A stretch of DNA of 64,000 nucleotides from the human T2T-CHM13v2.0 reference genome, Homo sapiens: assembly GCF_009914755.1 (NCBI RefSeq), contig NC_060934.1, one strand, 5' to 3'. The translations under genes were made by a program, and so were the position numbers. Under the pieces are notes generated by a model, which saw only the letters and a list, made by a program, of their open reading frames with translations, did not search any database and was not told where the DNA came from. Shown here piece by piece: positions 14,395 to 30,455 of this stretch (positions within the stretch are counted from its first letter, which is position 1; each line of letters opens with the position of its first letter).

Positions 14395-15480
14395 TACTTA
14401 TTCACAGGTTCATTGGTTTATTCAGCAAACATTTACTGAATGTGTGCTGTACACCAGGCACTGTGACAGGCCCTCAAAATACAAATTGCAAATGGATCTC
14501 ATTACAAAGAAGCTCACTTTGTGGTGAACGAATGGTATAGCTCATTGTAGTAAGTATGGTGGGAACAGAGGGGGGTTGGAGCAATGGCAGGGATAAGGAG
14601 GCAGTGGTCATGAAAATTGCTCTAAAGAAGATGATACCAGTGGGGCAGCAGGGAAGAGACCCCAAGCAATTGCTTCCAGCAGCAGGCAGCCTGTCCTGGT
14701 CTTGCCAGTGTGCCCAACCAAGGTTATCATTATCTGAGTGCCAAGACATGGAAAAGATTGGAATGCCTCAGCCTGAGGTCAAGGTGAACAGGAGTTACTG
14801 AGATGAACAGATGGAGAGAAGCAGCCCAAGGAGAGGGATGAGCTGTATGAAAGTGCAATGTCTTGACTCCTCTGGGAAAGTGTTTGAGTTTTTGTTTGAG
14901 CTGAAATAAATGCAGAATATGAAAGGGCAGCTGGAAAATGAACCGAGAGAGATCAGCAGAGACCAGGCATTGAGGGGTTTGTGGTTCTGTGTGCCAAGGT
15001 AAGGAAAGTGAACTCTATCCTGACAGGCATGGGGAGTCACTCACTAATATTGAAATAATAGGATCAGATTTGGATGTTGGAAAGATTCCTCTTGCCCTGG
15101 TGGAAGACCAGATTGAAGGAGCCAGGCGGGATCATGGCAGGAGCCCAGGGGAGATGCGAGGAGTCCTGGGGATTAAGGGAGTAGCAGGGGGGATGGAAAG
15201 GCAAAATTCGAGAGATATTTACAGGAGAGACTTCTGGAATGACCACATGGAGTTGGGGGAGTGGGAGCTGGGAGTCTGAAATGTTTCTCAGATTTCTGCC
15301 TTGGGTGACTGGGTGGTCGGCAACGGCATTGTCTGAGGAAGGGGGGCAAGGAAGAAGGCCAAGCTTCACTTTGAAGGACGCAGGACATAAAGTGTTTGAT
15401 TTGGATGTGTTGAGAGTATGTGGTGTTTTCAGGACCTTCCTGTGTAACTGTTGATGTACTCAGAGATGTCTGATGCAGCT
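14395..15480 (-). mobile_element. L2 LINE fragments
   Basis: L2 3' tail ttattcagcaaacatttactgaatg...ccaggcactgtg, followed by a purine-rich L2-like body. Confidence 0.6.
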
Positions 15481-18129
15481 TTTTGCAAAAAGAAAACCGC
15501 GATGCGAAATTACTTAGCAACATATTTGGAAAGACAGGGTGTTTTGATATTTTCTCCTCAATGCATTCCTTTTAATGTGGAAAGTCAGTCGCATATAGAA
15601 AAAAAAAGAGGTATGTAAATCAATCAATCAATAAGAGTTTTATATAAATCTAACCACAGTATAATATCTTACCACATATATCTAAATATTTTTCCATATG
15701 CTCAGCTAATATTATTCAACATGTGATTTTAAAAAAGTGTAAAATACCAGTCTTGAAAGATGAATTATTTAAAAATATTTATTAGTCACACATCCTTAAT
15801 CCATACTCTATTTACTCTCAGAAAGAAATGTACACCCAAAGGGTGAAGCAGAAAGTAATAGTTTCCTTAAGCGAAGAAACAGAAAGAACAGAGGATCTGT
15901 CTGGCGAGCAGCCAGTCAGAGAATATTGAAAAGCTAGAAGTCTCAAGGCAAATCTCTACTAATCCATCTTTTACCAAAGTTCTCACTTAAAGTCCCACCT
16001 TTTGACATGAAATATTTAATAGGAGTTTTATTTTAGCCACAAGGTGCCCTTAAAAATTTAATATTGGACTTCATACTAGACTAAAAGAAGGAGTTATTCA
16101 GTGACTGAAAAGAAACATGTATGTTAAAAAGAAAAGGAGAAGAAAAAAGGGACTTGTGGAAAGTGCAAAGAAGTTAATGAGAATTTCTATTGAAAACCAA
16201 AAGTTAATGACAACACAAAGCTCCTTTCCTATGGAGGACAGATGCTTCATGAAGAACGAATACGTCAATAACGTTCACTTGCTATTGGCATATGGAACCA
16301 CAGTTGTAATCTGTTGAAATGGCACAAAGACAAAAAATTGTTTTTAAAAACCCACAAAATACAAATAAACAACAACAAAAAAGTCTTTCTTATAGAAAGA
16401 GACTCCATTTAATTGGCTTCCATACGCGCCTTCCCAGTTTCAATTCAGCTCCCTAACATGGGATTAACTCCCTCAGAAAGATGGTCTTTGGGGTGCATGT
16501 GTGACGGTCATTTGTCTTGCAGCTAAAAATTAGAACATAACAAGCTTCTAATCATCACTTGTTAATTTGAAACAAAAAAATTCTTCTTTCCATTGAAAGC
16601 AGATTGTAGTAAGAATTCAGCATTCTCCAAGGTCATATGCTATTGGCAAAGCTCAGAAAAACCTTGTAGTCCAACTTGCTTATGTTCAGCTGTGTTTACT
16701 TAGACTTAACTTGACAAAGTCTGCCTCTGATTATACAGAGCAGTCATCTGCCCGCAGATAAATAGATATTACACAAACTTTTGGAGGGAATGACATTTGG
16801 CCTCCATAATTCTGGAATAATTTACTATGTACCCTCAACTTAAAACAACAAAATGATTCACAATATGTTTTTGGGATTGAAACATAAATATTTCATTTTA
16901 CAAAGGGAGCAGTCTCCATGACCTTTATGGATTTTAGATGATTTACTAACAAAGTATGGTATTACTTTGGAAGGTGTGGAGTAGCCCTAAAGCAGGCAGT
17001 TTCAGGCAACATTTATTTCAGTCTTTTCAATAACCATCAAGATTTCAAGGAATTTCTGTAAACAAACTGTCACTTAAACAAAATAACTTTCCATCAGTTT
17101 TTGCAACAAGTCTCCAGAACAGAACATGCATATAAAAATAAGAGTTACCTAAATTATTTCCAGAGACTACATCTTGGAGTAATGTTTACACTATCGGTAA
17201 AAAGCAAAAGCTCAATGTTTTACCACTGTATCTTACACTAAATGCAAAATTGTGCTTTTGGAATAATGTAAATCATTTCCGCTGAATAGAGCCTGTTCCT
17301 CATTACCCAAGAATCGATTCTGGCCCTTCATGCTTTCTTTGCTTGCTGTTATATCTACATAACAAAAGATAGACATACTTTCCTCTTTAAACTAAGAGTG
17401 TTTCGAAGGTGGAAGTACTTATTATACTCCCTAGTGATCGATCAATAAACCGATCAATCAACAGATTTTCATTGCATTTCGTTAACAGCTAGTAATACAG
17501 TAGTGAACAAGAGGAAGGTGGTTTGTGTCCTCTGAAGTTTACTTAGCGAGAAAAATCATCCACTAAACACATACTCTCATTTTCTAGGTTGTTCATTTTA
17601 ATTTATACAATAATAAAATGTTTTCCCCTACCAAAATTAACACATTGTCTTCCCTGACTCCTGTTCTGTAATTTTTTTAAAAAATTTTAATTTTTGTGGG
17701 TACATAGTAGGTGTATATACCTATTTTATTATTGAATAAACTTAGGGATGAAGCCCTTCATTTGGAGTAGTGGTCTGTTAAAGTAGCCACAAATAATTTC
17801 CTAGGCTGGATGCCTCTAGCAGTTCAGGCTATGTCTACAAAGGGGTTAAGTTTTTAATGGATTCACTTAATTGTTTCTATTTTGACTTTTATTCTAATTT
17901 ACTAAATCTGCTTTGATAAGCACTCTGTGAAGTTAGCTAACATAAGTGATGACACTGCTACTGTTGGAACAATTGCTACGTAACGTTTTAATAAACAAGG
18001 GTTTTCAAAGGACTTTCCCTCTAAAGAACTGAAGCGGTGCACATCACGGCACGCGGTGCACATCACGGCACGCAGCGCATTCTCACGTGATTTTATCTCA
18101 TTATGTTTGAGCTTTGAGAGTCACAAAAG

Positions 18130-18600
18130 ATGATTTTATATATATATATGTATAAAATTATAAAATATAACAGGTTTTACTATAGATAATATATATAAAA
18201 TACATAAGTATATAAAAGATTAAAATTATATATAAAAGATGTATAAATATATAATATAATATATAAAAGATATATTATATTTAATATCTTTGTATGTTTA
18301 TTTAGATATATAGATATAAAATAATGTATAAATGTATATATAATATAAAATTATTGTTTTTAATATTAAAAATAATTAATATTAAAATAATAATATATTT
18401 ATATATTATATACTAATATATTAATATGTTATTTTATATTGTATAAATATATTAATTTATATTTATATTGTATATGACATATTTATATTATATTATATTA
18501 TATAGAGAATTATATATTATATATAAATTATAATATAAATATACATAATATAAAAATAAGTTTACAGTTATTTTGTGTGTGTGTGTGTGTATATATATAT
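18130..18600. repeat. Extremely AT-rich low-complexity tract / degenerate (TA)n ending in (TG)n(TA)n
   Basis: Read directly; almost no G/C over about 430 bp. Confidence 0.92.
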
Positions 18601-19959
18601 ACACAAAGAAGGAATGTTTTCAAATGTACATGTGTATATATATACACACACAAACACACACACAAAAAGAAGGAATATGTTTTCAAATATGCTTTCCTTT
18701 AAGGTCAGTAAGCTAATCCACAGCCTGTCTGGAGACTAGAATGTCCTCCTCCTACCAATCTCCAGGAGAGAATACATTAAGACCTCATTAGCTTTCAATG
18801 CAAAACTGATCTCCACTCCTTCCACAAAGGGCAAATTCCTTCTATTCAAAGTTAGCTGTAGAACTGAATCCAGGAAAATGAGGGAGTACAAAACTCTCTT
18901 CTGAAGCCAGGCACGGACAAAGCCAAAAGCATCTCCCAAAGCCACTGATAGGCCAGGAAGCCAAGGGAAAAGGCTGCTGCTGGAAAAACAACTTTCCCAG
19001 CTGGATACGAGGTCCTAAGAGAGAGAGCTGTCTAAATACGAAGGTTAGTGGTATTAGGAGACACAGGGACATACCAATGACCACACATATTACTTTTCAA
19101 GCTAGATGCCTGCATGGGAGGTGCAGGGTGGGGGCAGTTGATATGTAACTAAAAACCCTTGAAGGAGTGAAGCCACTTGCTGGTGGTTTCTTAAAAAGGA
19201 AAAGCAAATTCGCAAATTTTATCAGATTGGAGCAGGACACAAAACTCTGCACAGAAACTAGTTATGGAAGCTCATTTTTCAAAAGGAATACAAACATCCT
19301 ACATACCGAAGTTATTATATATTCAGTCAAGGCTATCAGGAGGCAGTGTTGTGTCTAAGGGTGAAAGAAGAACCACTGTCCTATCTCTAAACATGTAGTT
19401 CATTCTCTACCAAATTTAATGCAAGAGAAGGAAAGAGAAGGAAATTTAATGCAGGATCGCAGATCAGAATTAGTTTGCAGAAGACTTACAGCTGAATCAA
19501 ACTTCTATGGCCTTCTCAATGTTAACCAAAGTGGAGGGGTGGGCGGGGGAAAGGAAAGATTTTCACAACAAAAAATCTTGAAAAATCTCCTATATTTTCT
19601 GGTTTCATTTTTCCCAGAACTGAAACACCACAAAATAACAACATGCCAGTGCACTCACTTCCAGCTCAGTCAGGAAGTTCTGAGGTACATAAACATTTTT
19701 TATTTCACTTTTTTACAAGAAGGTGACCAACATTTTCTTAGGCTTCCGAAAAGCTTCAGGTTTGGAATACATTTTGGTTAAATGTCAGCAAAGGAATTTG
19801 CTCATCGTTCAAAAAACACTTTTTCTTTCCAGCCTTGGAGTATATGTAGAAAATGGAATTACAAAAAGGCGCAGGACCACAAAGGGAAGTCCAGTTTTAT
19901 AATTCCTAAAAGAGTGCCATAGAAGAGCATTCTCTGTAGCAGGAAAAAGGAATAACAAG

Positions 19960-20150
19960 GAACTCTTATATAGCACAGTTTACCAAGTGCTTTCTCCATC
20001 GTTATCATATTGGAACCTTGAAACAGCCCTGGGAGGTGGGTATTTGTATTGCCTTCATTTTATAGAGATGAATGTAAATCAGAGAAATTAAATGTTTCAC
20101 CTAATGTTTTTCAGTGATTGGCAGAGAGAAAAATTGGAACCCAGGTCCTC
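19960..20150 (-). mobile_element. MIR SINE
   Basis: aacagccctgggaggtgggtatt...cattttatagagatga...cagagaaattaaatg. Confidence 0.65.
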
Positions 20151-20199
20151 AAAGTCTAAAAGTATGAGCAGGCATTGATTGAAACCTGAAGGCCAGCAA

Positions 20200-22080
<1,881 letters not shown>

Positions 22081-22084
22081 GTAA

Positions 22085-22405
<321 letters not shown>

Positions 22406-22604
22406 ATATGCTACCTTTTTAAAAAAGGTAAAACAAAGTAATTTTTTATTGTTAGTATCTGGACAGAGTACCAACTGTGGCTATCACTACTGTTTTTTCT
22501 GGCTATGAGATAAATACACTAGTCATCATAGTCCAAATCAAAGACAAATAATTCTAGCCTATTAGCAGCCTGTATGATCTGAAATCGTTTTGATGAAGAC
22601 TTTC

Positions 22605-23294
22605 TTTAAAAAATGGTGGCAAAATATACATAACATAAAATGTATCATTTTAACCATTTTTAACTGTGCAGTTCTGTGGCATTAAGTACATTCACATGGT
22701 TGTGCAACCATTACCACTATCCATCTCCAGAAATGTTTTCACCTTCGAGACTGAAACTTGATATTCATTAAACTATCACTCCTCATTCCTCCCTCCCCCA
22801 GCCCTGAGTGACCACCATTTTTTTTCTGTCTCTATGAATTTGACTATTCTAGGTACCTCATACAAGTGGAACAATACCATATTTGTCATTCTGTGACTGA
22901 CTTATTTCACTTAGCACAATGTCTTGAAAGTATATCTATGTTGTAGCATGTGTCAGAATTTCCTTCCTCTTTAAGGCTGAATAATATTCAAATATATATA
23001 TATATATCACATTTTGTTTGTCCATTCTTCTGTCGATGGACAACTGGGCTGCTTCCACATTTTGATTGTTATAAATAATGCTGCTACAAACATGGGTATA
23101 CAAATATTTGTTTCAGTCCCTGACTTTAACTCTTGCTGGTATGTACCCAGAAGGTGCATTGCTGGATCATATGTCAACTCTATTTTTAATTTTTTGAAGA
23201 AACACCATACTGTTTTCCATAGCTGTGCCATTTACAATCCCAGCAGTGCTCAAGGGTCCTGATTTTTCCCCATCCTTGCCAACCCTCGTTAATT

Positions 23295-23341
<47 letters not shown>

Positions 23342-23540
23342 AATAATAGCCATCCTAGTGGGTGTGAGGTGGTATATCATTGTAGTTTTCATCTGCATTT
23401 CTCTAATGATTGGTAATGCTGAGCATCTTTTCATGTGCTTATTAACTATTTGTATATCTTCTTTGGAAAAATGTCTATTCAAGCCCTTTGCTCATTTTAA
23501 TTGAGGTGTTTCTTTTTTTGTTGTTGAGTTGAATGGCCTA
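22605..23540 (-). mobile_element. L1MB-type LINE 3' end containing (TG)n at 23297-23339
   Basis: ORF track 23007-23231 and 23186-23482 translate to the L1 ORF2 C-terminus (LWKTVW..KLKIEL.YDPA; [11 protein letters not shown]). Confidence 0.9.
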
Positions 23541-23955
23541 CCTTTGATATAAAAGAGGGGAAAAGAAGTATCTATATTTATACTTGCTCTTAAATCCATA
23601 AAGAATCTCTGTAAGAATATAATAACAGTTAAATATTTTAAAGATGTATTTAGATGAGATCTCTCTGTCCCGTGCTGTATGCACCCTGTATTTCTGTGTG
23701 GCATTTTGCACACTTCCTTGTTCTATGCTCATCTACCACAAAGCACTGTTCGTCATGGTCACCGCGTCAGCCCCAACTCACAGAAGAAAGGATTCTCAAT
23801 GATTATTTGTTAACAGATTGATGAACTGATGGGGAGAGATTAATTTAATACTTTAGCATACAGCGTGTTATTAGGATGCTAAACTGTCAGGTGACAAAAT
23901 AGCAGTCCCTTTGGAAAGCAAAAAGATGTGCCCCAGGGGGTTAAAAAAGTGGGAT

Positions 23956-24198
23956 CAGGACTGCATTATGACTTTCATCAGCTCTAGGTACTTGTGCTTT
24001 GGTGCACTCTTTCCTACATAAAAAAAATTAAAAATGATATTTTACAAATGCATTGGTCTATAGGTGCATATAATCCAGGCTTATGATGTATTCATTATTA
24101 TTGCATTCATTTTTCTTTTGATTAAAAAAACGAAATTGAAATATTTTCATGGGTCCTGGGCACCATGCTACTGTGCCTAACTTGGGAAGTTGGCCTTG
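23956..24198 (+). mobile_element. ORSL-like hAT-Tip100 MITE
   Basis: Degenerate termini caggactgcatt...aagttggccttg; internal atataatccaggct and ctactgtgcctaa match the ORSL consensus as I recall it. Confidence 0.6.
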
Positions 24199-25208
24199 GG
24201 TAAGGTAACCCAGGAAAAAATAGTGGGTGTGGGTATCTCTTAAAGAAATCAGGTCTGTAATGCCCAAGGTCGTGGTCCTGGGTAATTAGGAGGCAACATG
24301 AGGACGCGGGAACCCAGCACTGCTGTGGAAAGGGGAGGTATTAATAAAAGCAACATAAAAATTCAGCCTCTTCCAGGCTTGCCGCCCTGCGTCCACACTG
24401 CTGCATCCTCTCTGACAGTTACTGGCGGCAACACTTAGCATCTATTGGCACTAAGTATGGGTTAATTCTGCAAAGCTAACTTAATAAGTTTTGAATTTCA
24501 AAGAAAAATGAAAATAAAATAGAACTTTCCTTCCACCCAAACTGAAATGTTCCTCTAGCTAATCCATTTGTGTTTTTAAGGGAATTTTATTTTTTAAAAA
24601 GCATATTTTTCTAAATGGAAGCTTATATCCTCTAAACAAAAATGCTTCTGTTTGAAAGTACAGTGACTTAATGTCACACAAGTGTAGATGAAAGTAAACA
24701 GGTCTCTGCATTATTCTATCAGAAGTGAACAGGTTAAACCAAAGCCAACTTTGTATCCTTAAAATAGTGGGAGAGTGGGAGATGGTAACCTTTATACATT
24801 TTCTAAATAACGTTCTTCTACATTTTGTTCTTAAAGAAGGAAACTGTTACTTCTCTTAGTTGATTTAATTTAAAAAAAACTAAGAAATCCTTCCAACCAT
24901 AGAATATTGAAATATTTAACAGCCAGTATGGCATTCACACCAAACAATCACAAGAGATGCTGGCCGTAGAGAACTCAGAGCGACAACTGGTGCATCCTGG
25001 CAAGTATCTCACCCCTTGTAAAAAGTACTTTACTTCTCACTTCACACTTTTTTTTCCCTGGTTTAGCTCACTGACCATCACAAGGCCTTCTCCCGTATAC
25101 CTAAGCCCACAGAAATTAATAATGGTTTATTGTGCACCATTAATGTATTTATTCATTTATTCATCTATACATTTTCTATTTCTTTAATGCATCAAAAAAT
25201 TGACTATA

Positions 25209-25499
25209 GGCCGGGCGCGGTTGCTCATGGCTGTAATCTCAGCACTTTGGGAGGCCGAGGTGGGCAGATCACGAGGTCAGGAGATCGAGACCATTCTGAC
25301 CAACATGGTGAAACCCCATCTCCTTTAAAATAAAAAAATTAGCTGAGCGTGGTGGCGTGCGCCTCTAGTCTCAGCTACTTGGGAGGCTGAGGCAAGAGAA
25401 TCACTTGAACCGGGAGGCAGAGGTTGCAGTGAGCCAGGATGATGCCACTGCACTCCAGCCTGGGTGACAGAGCGAGACTTCTTTTCAAAAAAAAAAAAA
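25209..25499 (+). mobile_element. AluS (Sc-like)
   Basis: Full Alu; TSD aaaaattgactat/aaaaaacgactat. Confidence 0.93.
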
Positions 25500-25551
25500 C
25501 GACTATTGCCAGATAATATGTCGAGTACCAGGGATGAATGAGACAAATCTA

Positions 25552-26230
<679 letters not shown>

Positions 26231-26567
26231 TACTGTAGGGTAGTCAACATTTAATGAGGCGAACAAACCAGTTCTTCGCACTGATTTCTGGTAGGACTGG
26301 TAACAATAGCAAAACAAGGGTGAGCTGATCTGAGGATGTGGCTCTGTTCCACATGTGTGAGTGGCCATGAAGACAGCAGGGCTTCCTGAAGATGAAGATC
26401 CTGTGCCCCTCTGGAGTGGGATGAAAGGGATACTAGCCAGTTTTAAGCCAAATTAAACTCTGACTTCCCTCTCGATGCCTCTTCTTTAATATGAGTTATA
26501 ATAAAAGCCCTTTCCATAAATTTCCTCCCACCACCACCACCATTTGGGAAGCCCCGTGACTCTAAGG

Positions 26568-26870
26568 CAGTGCTGTCAATAGAATTATAATGTGAGCTAC
26601 ATGCAAACCACATAAGTCATTTAACATGTTCTAGTAGATGCACTTACAGTAGAAAGAAAAAGTGAAAGTATTTTTAATAAAATATTTTATTTAACCCAAT
26701 ATATACAAAATAGTATCATTTTAACATGTAATTAGTATAGAAATTATCAATGAGATATTTTCCATGCTTTCTTTTCTCATATATTTAAACATATCTCAAT
26801 TTGGACTAGTCATATTTCACATGCTGGGTTGCCTCATGTGGCTATTGGCTACCATATCAGACAGCACAAT
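26568..26870. mobile_element. MER33/MER3-type hAT-Charlie fossil
   Basis: cagtgctgtcaatagaa...tttatttaacccaatatat...atgtggctattggctaccatatcagacagcac. Confidence 0.78.
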
Positions 26871-27405
26871 TCTAAGGGCTCTCTAGGCAGAATGAACAAG
26901 TGAACCACTCTGTGGGCTGTTCCTTAAATTTCATAGTGACATAGTGAATCCTGAGGATGCCTCAGAAGTTCAGAGATGCCATAGTTTCCTATAGCATTCC
27001 TGTGGAAGCAGAGATTCCTAGAATTGTCCTGCAATGAAAAAGTTGAAGATGAGCTAGGGCTTGATTTGTGGCCACATACTTTGCTTCCTATTCTTGATCC
27101 CTGGTTTAAAGTAACTTCTTATTCTGGATTCACTACTGACTGGTCACAAGGACTGGATTCCCCCTCTCACCAGCTCATCTTTAGTTTCTGCATTAGCATG
27201 AGAGGGACACACTCCCCAATGTCCTCCAATAGATCAATCAGAGAGTAAGCTAAAGCCTAAGGCCCAGAAGGGACTCCTCCTCTGGGGGCAGCATGGGCAG
27301 GGCCAATTCCCAGTTTGAGAATTTCTACCTTTTCCACACAACTGCAGAATTGGCAATGGGTCTAATTCCATTTCTGGTCTATCTCTAACTCCATATTTCT
27401 GCTAG

Positions 27406-27721
27406 TTTTTAATTTTTTATTTTTATTTATTGATTGATTGAGATAAAGTCTTGCTCTGTCACCCAATCTGGAGTGCAGTGGTATGATCTGGGCTCACTGC
27501 AACTTCCACCTCCTAGGTTCAAGTGATTCTTGTGCCTCAGCCTCCAAGTAGCTGGGATTAGAGGCATGAGTCACTACATATGGGCTAATTTTTGTATTTT
27601 TAGTAGAGATGGGGTTTCACCATGTTGGCCAGGCTGGTCTCAAACTCCTGACCTCAAGTGATCTGCCTGCCTCGGCCTCTCAAAGTGCTGGGATTACAGC
27701 CGTAAGCCACTGTGCTCAGCC
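27406..27721 (-). mobile_element. AluS
   Basis: Full Alu in reverse with (TTTTA)n/(TTGA)n tail. Confidence 0.9.
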
Positions 27722-28137
27722 AGTTTTTGTTTGTAAACATTTGTGCTTACCAATTATATTTATAAGTCATATTATTGGACTGGCAAGAGTTTCCTTTAGA
27801 AACGTGTTCAATCTTAGCCCAATCATATCATTACTTTTCAAGTAAGATGATAATAATTTTTTTGTACTATCCATCACAGGTATGAATAAAACTAGATGTG
27901 CTAGAATACCCTGGAAACAGAGATAAATCCCAGGCAACAGTGCTTTAAAGTCACAGACCACCAACAAGAAGAGAAGCTTCATCACTGGGAAAAGAATGCA
28001 TCTCTCAGAATAACATAGCTTCATATTTGAATCAAATTAAAAATACATTAATATTTTAAAACATTTCTTTCCTAAAAGCACTATCTACTCTTAAAATGCT
28101 ATTTTATGTCATTATCTATTCTTATTTCATAATTGTC

Positions 28138-28192
28138 ACTTTTTTCTTTTCTTTCTTCCTTTCCTTCTTTCCTTCTTTCTTTCTTTCTTTTC

Positions 28193-28227
<35 letters not shown>

Positions 28228-28610
28228 CTCTCTCTCTCTCTTCTTTCCTTCCTTCCTTCCTTCCTTCCTTCCTTTTTCTTTCTTTCTTTTGTTCTCTTTT
28301 CTTTCTTTCTTTTTTTCTTTTTTTTTCTGGGTCTTGCTTTATTGTCCAGGCTGGAGCGCAGTCGCACAGTCATAGCTTACTGCAGCTTCGAACTCCTGGG
28401 CTCAAGTGACCCTGCTGCCTCAATCCCTCCCCAGTAGCCGAAACTACAGGCGCCCACCGCCGTGCTCAGCTAATTTTTAAAACTCTTTTTTTTTTTTTAA
28501 TAGAAATGGGGTCTCGGTATGTTGCCCAGACTGGTCTTGAACTCCTAGCCTCAAGCAATCCTCCTGCTCTTGGGTGCTGGGATTACAGGCATGAACAACT
28601 GTGTTCATCC
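28138..28610 (-). mobile_element. AluJ whose tail has expanded into a ~190-bp pyrimidine compound repeat ((CTTT)n, (CT)n, (TTCC)7)
   Basis: Alu body at about 28325-28610; pyrimidine tract at 28138-28328. Confidence 0.88.
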
Positions 28611-29398
28611 TTCACTTTTTCTTATAAAACAGGTATCATTTCCCATAAAGGACAAGAAGCAGGTAGACTGATAAGCATGAACCAAGGTAGATTTTTGTTG
28701 GATCAACTGACCTGTTTTCTTTTTTCCTAGAAGTTTCCATATCAACCTCTGCTTCTAGATTGGCCAGGTGAAGGAGACGGGCAGGGCCATAAGCATGGGA
28801 TCCCGTGGTGCCCCACACCAGCTGTCCTGGCTTGGATACAGCTCTGGAGTGGTCAAAAGAGCGCTCTGTCCCTAATCATCAACTCTGCTCCAAAAAGGAA
28901 CCTGAAAAAAGCTCTAAACTCACAGATCCAAGAAGCCCAGACATTCCCATTGCTGTCTTCGAATGGGATTCTAAAGCCAGGGGGATGATGTTTTAGGGAA
29001 TCCTTGAAACTCCTACAATTATAAACAGGTGTGCATGAAGAAAATACACTACCATTTAATGTCCCAAACGCCTTATAAGGAAGGTGAAGGGGACCTAGAA
29101 AGCCCCTTAAGTTCGCTTAGCATCTCAGTAAGTGGTCTGAGCATGGAACAGAGTTTGGGAGTTGAAGCAGGAGAGACCTGGGTTACACTACAGGTAAAGA
29201 ACATGGGATTTTGAGGCAACTGGGGATTAGGAGGTAAAAGGAAAAGGTGGGAGGGGGAAGAGTAGAACCAGTGAGGTGCTGTGAGGCTGGAGACCCTGGG
29301 AGGTGAAGCAGGCAAGGAAGAGTCCCATGTCGGGGTGGCCAAAGGGCACTAAAGAATGAAGACAAGTAGTGCTCTGTAGGAAATCATATAAACTGCTG

Positions 29399-29690
29399 TG
29401 CCCAGGCACAGTGGCTCAGGCCTGTCATCCCAACACTTTGGGATGCAGAGGTGGGAGGATTTCTTGAGGCCAGGAGTTTGAGACAAAACACGACAAGACC
29501 CCGTCTCTACAAATAAAATGTTAGCAAGGTGCAGTGGTGAGTGCCTGTGGTCCTAGCTACTAGAGAAGCTGAGGTGGGGGGACGGCTTGAGCCCCAGAGC
29601 TCAAGGTGGCAGTGAGCCATGATCATGCCATTGCACTGCAGCCTGGATGACAGAGCAAGGCCCTGTCTCTAAAAAAAAACAACAATAATA
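29399..29690 (+). mobile_element. AluJ
   Basis: TSD aaatcatataaactgctgtg/aagtcatatgaattgctgtg. Confidence 0.9.
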
Positions 29691-30224
29691 AAGTCATATG
29701 AATTGCTGTGATGGAAGGTCCTCCTTCACTCCCTCTGAATCTTCCTTCAACTGTACCACGTGCACAAGCTTTCCGAGAGTGGGGATCTTCTGGCGTTTGA
29801 GGAAGGGAGTATATTTCACATCTGAATCCACGCGATGAGGAACAGGGAGCACATATGTGGAATGGCAACACGACCCAAGCACCAAATATACCATATGCTT
29901 AGAAGATGGAGCCCTTGGGCATCTCTAGAAATCTTCAGAAGTGTCTGACCTTCCATAGTGTGCAATCAAGTATTTAAGGGATTGCTATTTAGATCAAAAG
30001 GATCAGAGATACCCTTGTTGCCATCTGGGCTACACAACAGTGTCTATGTGTTTGTGTGGGTTTAAGGGGGTGGATGTGCATTTTTCTGAAGAAGGATGCA
30101 AGGCTTTTTACCCAATTTTTAAAGCAGTCCATGTACAAAAGGAAGTTAAGAGTGACTGCTTTAGAGAGTTCTATTCCGTAAATGATTTTTTTATTTTGAG
30201 TTGACTTAACCAGGATGGAAAACA

Positions 30225-30455
30225 CAGTAAAATCAAGTGGAAAGAGCCTGAACCAGGAGCTTAGAGACTTAAATTTTCTTTCTGGCTCTGCCATTAAGTA
30301 GCTGTGCAAGAGATGATCACTCCCTCCCACCCTGCATGAAAGCAGGAATAATTATCCTTATTTTTACCTCATAGAGTTATAATGAGGATCAAATAAAATA
30401 ACAGATGTTCAGGTACTTTCTACAGTACACAGTGCAACACAATATACGGTATTAT
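30225..30455 (+). mobile_element. MIR SINE
   Basis: agtggaaagagcctgaaccaggag...tggctctgccattaagtagctgtg...acctcatagagttataatgaggatcaaat. Confidence 0.72.

Noticed and set aside
17310-17465. ATCGAT/ATCAAT cluster (GAATCGATTC, TGATCGATCA, ATCAATCA) resembling CUX/ONECUT/PBX sites
   Set aside because: Mostly explained as the degenerate tail of an L2-like fragment; too short to support a claim.
23007-23482. ORFs resembling a real protein (also 8492-8701 and 38133-38315)
   Set aside because: Frameshifted L1 ORF2 C-terminal remnants in 5'-truncated, dead elements.
28096-28437. Phe/Ser/Leu-rich and Lys/Glu/Arg-rich ORFs
   Set aside because: Translation of a simple pyrimidine/purine repeat.
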